Source: Styela clava
Lineage: Eukaryota
Reading direction: 5' to 3'
Assembly: GCF_964204865.1 (NCBI RefSeq)
Contig: NC_135250.1
Span: 14,694,001-14,758,000, forward strand
Length of the DNA: 64,000 nucleotides
The notes beneath the pieces are model-generated. The model did no database searches, was not told the origin of the DNA, and was given only the letters and a program-made list of their open reading frames with translations. A program made the position numbers and the translations under genes. Each line of letters starts with the position of its first letter. Position 1 is the stretch's first letter. Below, piece by piece: positions 1 to 14,120 of the stretch.

Positions 1-3000
1 ACTTCAATCATCACATGTTTGAATACCCGAGCTCACTTCTACTGATTTGTTATTATTTTACAATTTTTTTTATAAATTAACTGTCGTACTTGCTAAGTGT
101 CCACTAAGTGAAAATCTACAAAAAAAGCAGTGTTTAATAATGGACTACATTTTTAACCGAATCCAAAAATATTCCGTAACTTAGTCGACCCTTCCTCCGA
201 GGAGTTTTTGTTAAAACATCTTAATTAACTGTTAATCTTGATAGCAAACATGGGGGGCAGGGGGGGAGCTGACTGTGATGGTCGTATCGCTACCCAGTCT
301 ATACCGAATAACTGTGTGTTTTGTATATGATTTTTATTGATTCAATGCTTGTATTCTGGTTGACAAAATAAATCTCCCTCTCGTATTCAGTCATGTTTTT
401 TAACCTAGTTACGAGACCGGTATTGTACCATTATAGGTTGGAGATATTCATCTTTTTTGTATACCGGTACCGTACAACTTGTCCTGCCTATTGGCAAGAT
501 GGCCAACATTTTTGTTCGTAGGCCTATTTCAGTATTTACTAAATAATTTAGTTTTCACCTCTTGCAGCCTTGGTACGGTACCGGTAGTTTAAATAACGCG
601 TCCGCATGCCTTCAGTAAATGATTGCTAGCTGTACAGGTATAAATGCGTAAAACCAGTAAACAAACGTGATAGAAATGGTACGGGTTATAGATTGCTAAT
701 GTTAAACGCTTCCAGTACCGGACGGACACGGACCCAAAGCGACATTAGGGCCGCATTTGCAGCGCATATCCCACAGAGCACGGCGCGTTGGCAGAATCTC
801 ATGGTCTAATGAGAATGACGTCATCGGAAACACCGCGCTGATTAAAAGTTTAATGAACGATTATCAAAAATCTTGACCGTGTTTATCATGATAAAAATAT
901 CAAAAAAGATGTAAAAAATATTCTATCCTCAAAACTGCTCACGTATACAATGAAAGATATCTGGAAAATTACAAAAAATGCAAATTTCTGCTCTGGTGAT
1001 CACATTTCCCATAAGAGCTAATGTTAAAAAAAATTTTTACATCACTTTTATTTTTTGCGCGTAGGATGGGTTTTTAATGAATAAGGTCTATTCTCAGTAT
1101 CTACAATGTCTTATCCCCAAAATAGCTAATCAGTTTCAATTACATTATTTTTTAGGTTTAAAAATATATATTTCATCAATATAACACACACACACAACGT
1201 TCTGCACACCCACCGAAATAAGACTAAGATTAAATATAAAGAATAAAACAGCAATGCACCCAATATAAAAGCCAACCAAGGTGAATTGGACTCGGACTGT
1301 GAATATCACAAGTGCACGTCTTACTATACTGTAGTATAAATTCAAATTAATACGCGTTAAGCTAGAATCCGTGATGCAAAAACTCAAAAATACTTCGCCG
1401 AGGTTATTTTGCCTTTGCGACGTCACAATAGTCCTGTGGTAACAATGATTATTCATTATGACGAAACAATTGCACAAATGTGCATGTCATACTGAATCTC
1501 CATTTTTATGGGTTCGGAATTCTTAAAATAAAATCTGAGTTAACAGACAAGTGCGCAGCATTACATAAATACCTATTTTATAAAAAACTCAAAATCGCCA
1601 AAAATGACTTACGCAATTCGGTTATTAGCGTGACGACATACATGTACCAGCGCTGCGCGCATTAACACATATTCAATTCATTTATTATTTTCTCTCATTC
1701 TGCAGTCAAACCTATGTTAGCACAGATGCCATGTACTCGGCATATTTATAAATTACATAAAGAACCGCCGTTACGTAACGACGACCGTTTAGTTATGTAA
1801 GAATTGTAAAGCGGACATTTTCCGTATTTGCGACCACACAGATATGAACGACTTAAAACACGAAACAGGCCATGCGACATCTTACTTGAATCGACAGTAC
1901 ATCGATAAATCCGAGCATTAGTAGTTTGATAACAATTTTTTTGCAGAGAATATATTTCATTGAGGCGACCAATCAAGGATCCGAATCCAGAAGAGTAAGT
2001 CAGAATATTTGAACAAAAGTATAAATTTTTTTATTTCACTTATCTGACTCAATACGATAGCCTAATTAACAAATAGAAAGTAGAAACAGCTAGAATTGAG
2101 ATATTCCCATATTATAAGAGATGTGAAATTAGAACACAAAAATGTAATAAATTCGGGGGAAGGGACATACCATTGGCACATACAATCGCGTTTCGTCGCT
2201 GTCAGTAATTAAGTAACAAAGGAAAACTCGCAGATGAGCTTTCGAATGGGTAATGGTATATTTTAAACTTTTGACAGGTCCTGTGTGAGCTGACTGGACC
2301 TTTTCGAAACAAACTTTTACCTATCGATCTTAACACGTTGGGGAATAGATATTAATATTGATTTTTCCTTTATTAAGCTTGATGAATAAAATTGAAATTT
2401 TTGTCAATCAAAGTCGATTGTGTCCAACTGTGGAAAGCAAAATCAACATCTCCCTTCCCTTCCAATTATTAAAGTATTATGTAACGTAGTTATATAACCA
2501 AATTTTACGATGTTCGTCACGATTATATCACACAGCGTTAAGTTTAAATACGAAAGTGCGTTGCAAAGTTTTTTTGAAAATGTTCAAGATAAGAGTCGTT
2601 CTAACACCTTGCTATGAAAATGTAAACTGGCAAAATGGGGCGTAGGAATACATGTGTAATATGTAGCAGCGCGGTCCACTTTAGTATATATTCAACTAAT
2701 TTATTATTTGTTTATTATTTTCTCTCAATCTCCCAGTGTATCCGTACTTGAACGTCCACCGGGTAAGTATGTCTGGGACTTAATCCACGTAAATAGAATT
2801 ATTAAAAATTATATAACGTAGTTATATAACGTAGGTATATAATTTATATATATCAACTATACTCACGGTGATGCCACTGGATAGTTTCGCTTCGCAATGT
2901 TTGACAGTCTATTGCACAGCGTTGTTGCGTATAGGAAAGACTTAAAAGTAACGGTTTGAGGGTTTTATTGAAGCTTGTAAAATTATTGTTAGAGTCAGAT

Positions 3001-5265
3001 GGCAACAAAGCGATTTACCACAGAAAGGTTAAAGATAAATCCATCACAATTGCAGAAAGCGTGCATTTTCTTATTACAGAATCTCCAACTTTGCTTTTCT
3101 TCGTATTACAGTAACTGTTTGGATATATTTTTGTAGTTGTTGTGGTTTATCATGTTGTCATTGTTTTTCGGAAAAAATCGCTTTTCCTCGCAACTAACTA
3201 CGATCGCCATTTCAAATTATAAAGATGGATGAAATCGCTAGAAGACTATTACTTTTGTTTGTAATTTGGTCTTTCAAATTTCATCTCAGTCCCATGGGAC
3301 CAAAAATACCCTTCGAGACCATATTTGAACAGTTCCTCGTTTTGAAATGAAAGCTATCGGCGCTTGGCATATTTGTTACCTCAGCACTAGCTCACGTGAC
3401 ACGGCAGTGAGATAAAACTCTATTGCGTGTCGCGGTATGCATTTTCGCAGTATGCATATGTGAGATAGGTAGGAAATCGCAGTTTCATCTTTTATCGCCG
3501 AATTAATTCCTCATCGCATCGACTGGCCCACTGGTGAAACTGAAACCACACTTTTTCTGGCTTGTCAAACAAATATCGATTGGCGCAAAGTGGTCGTGTA
3601 AACAATGGGAAGCGGTTTCTGTCGTCTTATTCGTTTGGCTCAGAGATCTCAATAATTGTTCCTATTATGGTGACATTTTATTGGAAATTACCAAGTGTTT
3701 AAGAAGTTATGCAACAAAAAACATTCTTTACAAGTGCTGTAGACCCGTTAGGCATTACCCCTCTCGAAATTATCATGCAGGTGAGATGAGATCTTATTAC
3801 CAATCGAGCGATCTGAAAGTTTCAAAAAATTATCGAAAACTTCGGTTTTTATTTATGCTTTAATGACTATATAGGATCAACACAGCCCCGTTACGACAAC
3901 AGACGACCGCCAACAATCTGATGAGTGAACTCATGTTTTGGGCAGTCAATTTACGGTAATGATAGGACTTATCCTCGTGTAACCTCATTCTGTGACGTAT
4001 TGTGTTATGTAACAGAAAAGAACGAGAGAACGTAAAATCGAGAGAATATAGCGAATGTCGCGCAGGCGGGTGAGTGCGCATTTCATTATACTGGACAGTA
4101 AAGTATAAGAACTGTGATGGCAGATTGTCACTGATTTTACGAAATGAGTATTCATTAGCAAAGTAGATAATATATTTTAGCAATCAGAAAATACTGCTAA
4201 GTATATTTTATTCATATTTAAAATAATATGCAGTTCGTTCAGCAAGCTTTATCACTCTTTGTATATGACAAATAACAGAATAAGCGAGAGAAAGCAGTAA
4301 CACCTACATTGAAATGATCGACTTCAAATATGATCAAGTTTATTGAATATTATGAATAGACAAGTTTACCCGTTAGTAGCCAATTCAGGAAACCTCATTT
4401 ACTCATATGAGATCGAAAATATCAACTATACTCAGCCAAACAAACTTACGTAAGAGTATAAAATTACATAATTCTAGAGTCTAGACACGGAACACTTGAC
4501 GCTCCTTCTTTGCTCGAAACAGTGAAACGAATGAGTTTATTGTTACGTAATGGTAACTTTTTTGGTGATTTGTCGGCTTTAGAAAACAGCCTGTCACAAC
4601 GTAAGGATCGTCCTTTGAATGTAGGGCAGTAATTTTTTTTAAAGTTGTCCCTGTTCGTGACATCAGAAAAAATAATTTTCGGTATTAGATTGAAATTCGT
4701 CTCAATATCACGGTATCAATTCATGACTTCATGGAGACGCTTAATTTAAATAAGATACCGGTAGGTATAAAATCGAGATAGGGCATGAATTGAACATGAA
4801 CATTGAACATGATTATTGGTTTTTCTCACGATAAAGATATAATTGATATATGTACAAAATAGATATTATAAATCCGTAAACTTCAGTTTCTCAATAATTT
4901 ACATCTAAAAACGGACTAAAATAAAAGGAAAACTGTTATGGATTTTCATCAACAAAACTTCATATATTGGGATACGTTTATGCTGGTTACATTTCAAGTT
5001 TATCAATTAAACCGCAAACAAAATAAAATAAAAACGCCGTACGCGATTGCCTGGTGGGCCTACGCTTTGCAACCTTCATTGCGTTATTGCGCAGACAATA
5101 CCAATCCTCCATTTTTAATTTCCAGTTATATTAAATGATCTGTGTGTGCAATATATATCAGAGACTTTAACAAATTCGACGAAAGCTTTGTGTTACGGGA
5201 TTTTTTAATATTAATTCAACTTTGAAGATAAACCGGCATTGGGAGTATAAACTTTAAACGACGGA

Positions 5266-8200
5266 ATGGGAGAGGTTTACGTCATGAAAAGGCTGATTTC
5301 AAGATTGGTAGAACAATTACGACAAGACGCTCAAGATATTGACGTTTCTGGTAGGTATATTTTATTATTACAATTTTAGTATTGTGGAAATCTCATTAAT
5401 CGTGAGTTTTTAAAATTTGTATTATTGGTTGTATTATAAGAATGCCACTGGTCAAGTATTATTCCTGCTTCGCCAGGGCTTACAATGTTGGTATTGTCGA
5501 ATTACCATCAAGCATAGAGGTTTTTAAATTGGTATTGTTGATTGCTTTTTGAAAATCTGTCTGCAAAATTTATTTATTTTTCTAAAGTTTTAAAAAATAG
5601 TCAATATAAATTACCACCTACAATACATTCGTCATTTGTACAACATACGTTTGCCTCGTATTATAAATAAAATTTGAGCGCCTAAAATTTTCTGCAACCT
5701 TTTAATTTTTTTTCAAGTTTATCCTGCTGAAAGGTTGTGCTCGGGATGTCAAGAGTTTCTCTATCACCCTGTAACATCACCATGTGGCCATAGCTTTTGC
5801 GATGAATGTTCTAAGGGTTCTGTAATGTGTATCCACTGCAAACATCAGTTAACGCTGTCACAATTGAGGTATTGTACTTTTAAAGCTTCAACACTGATAT
5901 CTACTGGTTAATAAATGGGGTCTAGCTTACAAAAAAATCAAGTTATCAACGATGGTTTGTTCCAGATGTGCAGACAGATATTTTTATTATAACTTTATAG
6001 AAATCGATTGTCTCGCCCAATCGTGCTTCTAACCATTGTTTTCTAAGCGATCACTTCCTGTATAATCTCTATATTACTATGGCATTCAATCAGGCATAAT
6101 TATGTAACACAAAGACACATCGTGGTCCGACAATCCTCTAGAGTAGAGTCTAGACAAAAGTGTTTCAGGGATGGAAATGGCGGTCAAGTGCAAATGATCG
6201 ACTCTTTAGGTTTTACATATATTAGTTGATTAGATGTTTGAATAAGTTGTGGAATGAAATTAATACATGAAAATAAATACTAAGTCATCGACTCGATATT
6301 AAAATTGTACCCCGTGGGGCAGAATATCCAAATTTAAAATTTGATTTTGCCAACTTCAACAGGGTGAACGTAACACTGAGTTATGTGTTAGAGATGTTAT
6401 TCCCGGACGACTATTTATATTTTCAACTTATATCAGAAGGCGACAAATTGCTTCAAAACTCTTTGCACGATGAAGCTTTATCCAAATACAATGAGGCTAT
6501 ATCACATAGTGAGTAGATATTTTCTCTTTTACATTACGGTCATTTCCAATATTTAGCTCTGGAGCATGTCTTCCCAACCGCCAGTCCGCGGACATTCGTT
6601 GCGTAGCAAGCCGTTTTATCGACAGGCGTTGAATTTTATTTGACATATAGAGCCAAATGGTTGCCCGGCGGTGTTTAGACCGACGAGCAATCGGCTGCCA
6701 TTAATTCTAGCAAGTGTACAAATCTACACACGCTTGATTTAGTCCGTTCTGATCCAGCCCATAAGTGAACTTAATAATGATACATAATATATTGATATTG
6801 CTGTACCTGAACGATAAAATAAACAAAAAAAGCGAAATATGAAGCTTTGGAGTATCACGTCACGTATCGAAATACTTCCAAAGATATGACTCAATTACCC
6901 GTTGCTATCGCCATATTAACTGTGATCTGTGTCTGAATTCATACCGAATTTCATATTGACGAGGTGGTAGATATTACCACGAATATTTATATTCCACTAT
7001 TTTAAGCTGTTGTAAATATTTCCTTTCCATTGAGTTACTGGATTATGTAACCATTTTTATGGTATCGCTTGACTAAAGAGTTATCGGTAATTTGTTGGAA
7101 ACTGCGATTGAACAAGAATATCGCATCTCGCCAAGGTAATTAATACACTTGCAAAATATCATCGATTCAATTTACGTCAATAATCGAAATCTATTCTGTT
7201 TTAGTTCCCGGAAAAAATCTTGCGGTATTAAAAAGAGCCATAGCATATAATAAAGAGGGACATTGGAAAAGGGCTCTCAGTGATGTCGTTTCGGTAATAT
7301 TGCGAGGCAAATATGCTTCAAAGGTTGGTATGAGTACTACTTGATTTTCATTTCTACTGTATGAAGAATAAGTCAATGACGGAGATTGTTTATTACTTAT
7401 CCATGCAACAAAAATATTTGGTCTGAATTAGGAAAACCCCCAATTTTATGCACCTTCATAGTTTTAAGGAGTCATTAAACATTCCCCACGCTGAGAAGTT
7501 GAAATATCTGAAATGAGCGTATTTTTGCCATTTTAAAATCACTTGATGGTATTACATTTTTTTGAATTCACGAGGAGTTATTTGCCCTTGCACAGGCTAT
7601 TAGAATCGCGTCATGATTGACATAAGTTAATTTTTGAAGTTAATAGTAATAGATATAAGGATTGTGAAGCACCTATTAGTTGTCGATTTTAAACACACTG
7701 TATTGTTAATACTCGATCCTGTTGTTCAGAGTAAAGAAATGCCCACGCAAGAACTACTATTTCACGAGGAGGAAATCATTGGAAAAATAGTTCAGGTAAA
7801 ATTATGTTTAAAGGCATGATCAAATCAAGTTGGCAACTTTTGGTATACAAAGCTTACTATAAAGCACAGTTTGTGGAATCTGTGTCATTTGTTCTGAAAA
7901 CGTAGAATCAAATTAAAGTTGCCCAAGAATTACATTGAATCGAACATGGACCTGCAGCATTTTTTATCTTGATTAATAATTTTAGATCGCTTTTGTAGAT
8001 TATACTAAATGTTAATTTCCACATGATTCTTTAAACATTGCACTTTTTACTTGTGTCTCAAATTGAATAGTGAGCAGTCTCAGATTCACTACACAAACAA
8101 TACATTAAAATCAAGTAATTTAAAAAATTGGCTAAATGTTTTTGATGCATTCTTGCATTAATTGTACATAAAGTCTTGAGAATTTTACCATAGCTGCTTT

Positions 8201-11200
8201 ATTGGTACCAACTATCTGAAAGTTAGTACAGACGCCAAGTTCAAAATATTGCTTTTCATTTTCGGTGGGACCAAAGGCATTTTTTATCTTCGGTTGGGTT
8301 TCATCTTAGGTATGATTCTTCATAAATATATCAATCTTATTTAGCGAATATGCTGATATCATTGGTTAAACACTGTTTTACAGGCATTTACAGAGGAAAT
8401 TTCACATAAGAATTTTTCCCACCAATGCAGTTCATCAACATCCCAGAAGTGGACGTATCCCATAGCAACGTATTCGGAAAATTCTTCGAGCATCCAATCA
8501 CATGACGAACTTTGCTCAACTGAAGACCAAATTAGCGAAGATCCTATATTAATGGGTAAACGTTTTGAAAAACTCACATAAAATTTCAATTTCATTTTAA
8601 TAAAAAATATTGTCTTGATGCTGTTATTTGCGAAACAGATGTTTAACCCTTCCCTATGCACTCGATGTTCAAATATAAGAAACTAATAATAACATGGACT
8701 GTACTATGGCGTTAATCGCCATTCGATTCCTTCATAGTTTTTCGATATAGAATAGTGAATTAATAACTGAATATTTTACTATTTACAGATTTACAACGTT
8801 TTCTTGAATTAGTGATTGCGGCAAATCTACCATTACTAACACGGAGTCATTCCGCATCTTACTGTCACTTCAACGGTTTGTAAATAATTAATTCTTGTAT
8901 ATTACTTTCGACAGCGCAGGATAATACGTTTGTCGCAACCAATGATGTTGTACTTATAGCAAATGCACGATAATATTGAAATGCGCATATTAACTAATCG
9001 GTAGCAATATTTTGGACATAGCGAAATGTATCTTCCTAGGCGTAATGACTTGATTGGGGCTCAACATGGCAGAATCGATTTTGTTTCCCCAACCGACCAG
9101 GATCAATCTTGAAAATGAAGAGTAAAACTAAAAATGGAATTTCGTCTTTAGATTCGACGCGAAATGAAGTACTTGAAATAGCGGAATCAGATACATTCAA
9201 CTGTATTTTGTGTTCCAGATTACTATATGATCCCGTCTGCACCTCGTGTGGTCACTCATTTTGCCGTGACTGTCTTGACAGGTAGTTATTGTAATAATTT
9301 ATTGCTTCGCTCTGGGCCACGTGTCCATATATTTGAGCGTTGCTCTCTTGTTATAGTTAATTTCCGTTCAGCAGTGGAAACATGGCAGCAACTTATTGCT
9401 TTTCGAATGGGAGCGTCGGCTTATTCCTATTTTGACGCCACAACTGTGAAACTGGGTTACAGACTGGATCAGAACATACTTTTTTTTTTTTGCTGTGTTT
9501 AAACAGGAAAATACTGATATCACAGAAGCAATTCAGAATAATAAAACTTTGTTTATTCCGATTAGAGTTAGGTATAGAGTAGACTGACACCCTGAAACGA
9601 ATAATAAATTGATCTGATGTCTTCAAAATCTTCTTTAAACGTATATTTATAAACTTTAAAAATGTCAGATAATAATACTTAACCTCTAACCTCTCTTTAG
9701 GTGGTTTGATCATCGGCTAACTTGTCCAATGTGCCAAAGTAAAGAAGTGCGTGCTATTCAAAAAGACTCAAACAAATGTTATTCTCTAGCAACAGATATT
9801 ACTATGAATATTTTAATGCAAAAATGTATTCCTAACCTGGTAAAAGAAAGAGAATTATATCGCGAGGAAGAACGCAAGGTTATAAGGTTAGATGTTACAG
9901 CCAATTATTTCAAAAATATCATCGTTGTATTTGAATAGGAAGCATTCAGATGTATGACTGTAACTGTGTTGCCAGAATCGAGCACGGTCTACTTCATAGT
10001 CATGCTTTTTGAGGTACAACTAAAAATCATACGCATCATTCTCATTATTAAATGAATATGCCGCCGATTTTTCTCATTTGTTTCTTCATATACCCGGCAT
10101 CGGACGTCGAATGACCTAAATTCAAACCCCATAGCTAGTTTTTTAAGCAAACCAATTCATTGATGATCACCTTTTATTAATTTTGAAAACAGGGAGACAG
10201 TTCCTATTTTTGTGTGTACCCTGGCTCTGCCGTATGTTCGTTGTCTTCTTCATGTACACGAGCCAAGATACAGACTTATGATGAGGAGGGTTGAAGAATT
10301 CCACAATGGAAATTTTGGAATGGCCACAGCATCAACTATAGCACCGTAAGCTTATACTTTTTCTGTAAATTTGATTCAAAATTTGAGAATATCTTTTTCT
10401 TCGTGTCGATCTTAATCTTAATATAATATCTCGCGTTTATATCGGTATAAACTAAAACCATCATGTGTGTTCACTGTTTACACATTGCTAGCTTTTGGCC
10501 CCTTTTCTCAGAAAGCAGTAGCAGAAAATAAATAAGTACAATAGCCTGTAGTAGCGAGCGGTTAGATAGGTAGAATTGATTTTTTTTATTTTAATCTCGT
10601 TTGTGTCGTAATAATTTAAATCGAAAAGTTACCCAGAGTTTGCGTTCCCACTACAATACTGGATAGGCTACTTCTCCTCTTTGAAGCGCGTGTAAAAGTG
10701 AAACTTTGTATAAAAAAAACATAAAAACGCCAGGTAAGACTTGATTTGACCCCAAGTCCAGAAGTTCCAGTTGAATTGGCAGCGCAATCAATATGTACAA
10801 CATCAACACTGAAGGAGTTTTGTCAATTATATAATTACCAATTATTCGGAAGTGTCGTGCACACGACAAAATTATTTTGAAAACTTTGACTCGTATCCTC
10901 ATTTGACTTGTGCATCCCTGGTCTAACGTAGAGTTTTAGGAAGAACTCTAAGTAGAATTCAAATATTTTAGTATCCTAATAATTTTCATTCAGTTTCAGC
11001 AAATATGGTACAATTTTAAATGTCGAAAAGACGTCCATTCTTCCCGACGGACGATCAAACCTAGTGACAATGGGTACAAGACGTTTTGAAGTCGTACAAT
11101 ACGATAAATGCGACGGATACCACACAGCTAAATTAAATTATATTGTAGACGTCGCAGACGCGGACGAAAAGAGCAAACAGACGACGACAAATATGGCTGA

Positions 11201-12203
11201 AGAGGTAATTTTAATTACAAGCTTTCTTCTTTTCAAGCTTTTATTGTTCGAAATTCGCTTAATTAGTTAACCGCACCGATTTAGTGAAGAAGAAGCTATG
11301 TTTTCAAGTTTGTAGATATATTTCTACTTTTGTCCTCGTAAACCTTTCAAAACAGGCTGATGTGGTAAACATGCTTTCTATCACGTTGGACCAGAGTAGT
11401 AATATTTCTTCATTGTCAGTTTCGTCTATCTGGTCGCGCCTCTGTTTTTCTTGCTTTTAATTGTGTGTTCTTCATTTGTATCATATTAGAGGTAAGTTAT
11501 TGAGTGGACGTCGTGATATGTGTTCAACAACCATGGTCAAACAAGTTGAAATTAAATCTGCATACATTATTCAATTACAGGTTTACCTTCGTGCTAAGGA
11601 GTGCTTCCAAAGATGTTCATTTCGCTTCAAGACAATCACAGAAATGCAAATCGGAAAATTTCCGGAACAAGATAAAACAGAAGTATTGATTGAATTTTAC
11701 GGCCAAGGCATTTACGGATGCGATTAGAAAATTAAACTTTCAGATTGTAAATCTGGTCAGCACTACGACCACAGTTTCAACAAGTTGACCTGAACATGAA
11801 ATTGTACCAAGTATTAAATAACCTTTTGCAACTTACAAATTCTATTTCTAATTGTCTGTTATCTAGCCACATAGCAGACTTGCTGATGGTAAAAAAACAC
11901 GGTGTACGGTACTAATAACTAATCGGCACACGTAGAGGATATACCGAGTGAAAACTTCTTGCATCTTAAAATCTATCGTTTGTTTCTCATCGTCACAATA
12001 ACTGACCTATCTGTCTTTCTTTCAAGGGTGACGACGGGCCTCACTGGGCGTGGTGGGTATTGGCAATGATTCCTTCAAACGACAATTTGAAACTTCATGT
12101 ATTAAAGAAGACACGATTTCGACATAGACTGGCCCTGTTGAATTCAATGTTGAAAAAATTCGATAAAATGTCGTCGGTCCGAGATCTCATGCTTGACGAG
12201 TAG
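5266..12203 (+). CDS. LONRF: LON peptidase N-terminal domain and RING finger protein (LONRF1/2/3-like E3 ligase). Exons: 5266-5350, 5718-5868, 6094-6182 (tentative), 6437-6508, 7205-7323, 7730-7795, 8384-8555, 8789-8875, 9101-9281, 9701-9886, 10193-10345, 10994-11204, 11581-11682, 12027-12203
   Basis: Phase-consistent GT-AG exons encode RING1 (CSGC..CGHSFCDEC..CIHC), TPR-like repeats (EGDKLLQNSLHDEALSKYNEAI; KRAIAYNKEGHWKRALSD), RING2 (CILC..CGHSFCRDCLDRWFDHRLTCPMC) and a LON substrate-binding domain (VPIFVCTLALPYVRCLLHVHEPRYRLMMRR..PDGRS..GTRRF..DGPHWAWWVLAMIP). TAG at 12201-12203. The start codon and exon 3 are less certain. Confidence 0.9.
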
Positions 12204-12881
12204 TAAAAGTAATGAAATGTACTTCAGCCAGCGTCTGTACGATACACGTCGATTGACATCATCCAACAGAGTTCAAGTGAGAATTTTGAACTTGAAACTA
12301 AATTTTTGTGGTACAAAGGCCAAATCAACACTCACCAACATTTTGTAAAACCAAATACAAAAATCGATGTACGCTTGAATCAGCATATTGTATGGGTATG
12401 GCTGATTTGACTTGGTGGTTCAATTCTCAGACAAAATACGAAACATTCGAGTGTTCGAGGAATGTATTTAGAATGTTTAGATTCATCGAATGTCGTCGGT
12501 TCGCAGCATTGAAATACAAATGTTACTACACTAAGACGAAAGTGGGAGCAAATGTATGATGTAACCACTGTGTACTCTAAAACTACGTTTGTAATCTTCA
12601 CACATACTAAATATACATTGATTATTTCAGTGAAGTGTAAAGCAGTGTGCTTGCCAGGCATATAATATTGGTAACGAGAATAGAGCCAACGTTTATAATT
12701 GTTCTGAATTGTAACTTTATTCATTGTTTATTTGTATTATACCTACCTACATGCTCACTGTTTGCAATAATTTTTATTGACTGTCTTCTACAGATAATTC
12801 TTTATCATGCGCGCAAAATGATCATATGATGGTCTTTGTTTGTATATATGATGATTATTGTTCAACTTGCTTTTTATCGAG

Positions 12882-12887
12882 AATAAA
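12882..12887 (+). terminator. Candidate polyadenylation signal of LONRF-like gene
   Basis: AATAAA about 680 nt after the stop, at the end of a T-rich 3'UTR-like stretch. Confidence 0.45.
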
Positions 12888-13792
12888 ATAGTTTGAAAAC
12901 TTTGAGAAGTATTGCAGTGGTTGAAAGAGTTAATTAATGTAGCCTAATAAAAAAAGTAATCATTATTTTTCTACGGAATTGCCACGGACATCACCAGTGA
13001 ATTGAATCATCAACGTGAATTGAAATACCAACTGAACCAAGTCACTTCTGTATTACCAGGTCAGGCACCGCAGTCTTCCGTTCCCCATAAAAAACTTCCC
13101 ACTCTCTGATAAGCACGACAGGACTGCCACTATTGTCTGAATAAAAACATCTATAGATTGATTGACCTCGAAAATCATCTAAAAATATCTAGATAGGAAA
13201 ACAAAACATCCAAAAAATATATCTGAATATGAAGCCACTAAATTTAATAAAAATAAACAAAACAAGAGAGTACAAATAGTTTGTTATATTACATTATAGT
13301 AGATTTGGAAGATCATTTGAAGTTGATGTTGTTACTACAGTTGCTTCAGAGGGATTTTTATATGTTTCTGCAGTACATATTTTTCTGAAACCGAAGCGTG
13401 CAACCTTGTTTATCTTGAATTGGGTTAAGTTTGATGATAACTAGTATTGCATTCAGTGAATCTGTCGTCCTGTTGTTTCTTAGTTTTTATTACAGTTTAT
13501 TGCATTAAATTTTTTTCAACATCAGCGTAACGTAGTAACATTGCTGGCTTACATTGCTGTTGCGGTGTTATTGTTCCACTTTCTGACTTTACAAGATTGA
13601 AGTTCTGTAGCTGACTTTCTGCCCTGCCGATGATGTTTTTTAGGATACCTATGTTTTATGACAGTTGAGTGGAGTTCATCGCAGCTTGTATTCATATATT
13701 TCGTACATATAGTAACAGGTGATTATCGAAGGTACTTTGTTAGTAAGGTGCAGCCCGACGCGAACGGACAGAATGTACAGATGTATGTCCTA

Positions 13793-14120
13793 CCGTGTTT
13801 TCCCGAAAATAAGACCTAGCCTGAATTTTAGGAATGATTTTAATATAAGCCCTCCCCTTAAAATAAGACCTAGTCAATAACGAATTTTTACCTGGTCGAT
13901 AGCAAGAAATCTCTCCCATGCGTTATAAATGATTAATCTGATCTAAAACGTGTGAGAGAGGAAAACGTGACATTTAAGTAAATGGATATCGGTTTTAATA
14001 TTTTTTATATTTGAAAATGTCCTAATTCAGTACTTTCTAATTTTGTTTTTGATAAATAAAATTATAAGACATCCCTCGAAAATAAGCCCTGGATAATAAT
14101 TAGAACGTTGAAAAAAATAT
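13793..14120 (+). mobile_element. Truncated Tc1/mariner (pogo/Tigger/Tc2-type) MITE fragment
   Basis: TA followed by CCGTGTTTTCCCGAAAATAAGAC and repeated AAATAAG(A/C)CC subterminal motifs; matching right TIR not found. Confidence 0.55.

Noticed and set aside
1-380. Possible 3' end of a LINE/SINE
   Set aside because: Too degenerate; no reverse transcriptase motif is readable.
1145-5138. Unspliced ORFs of 60-110 aa in the first 5 kb, and most other short ORFs in the track
   Set aside because: No recognisable motifs, composition typical of translated AT-rich non-coding DNA, and many are antisense to real exons.
6565-7106. Eroded hAT MITE related to nest level 1 in a LONRF intron (also single ends at about 14348, 18313 and 41643)
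   Set aside because: Only one convincing terminus each and no TSD.
9040-9100. Alternative LONRF acceptor at 9039
   Set aside because: It introduces stop codons; the acceptor at 9100 keeps phase into RING2.
11683-12026. U12-type intron (donor GTATTG)
   Set aside because: Does not match GTATCCTT and has no clear U12 branch point; all inferred introns look like U2 GT-AG.
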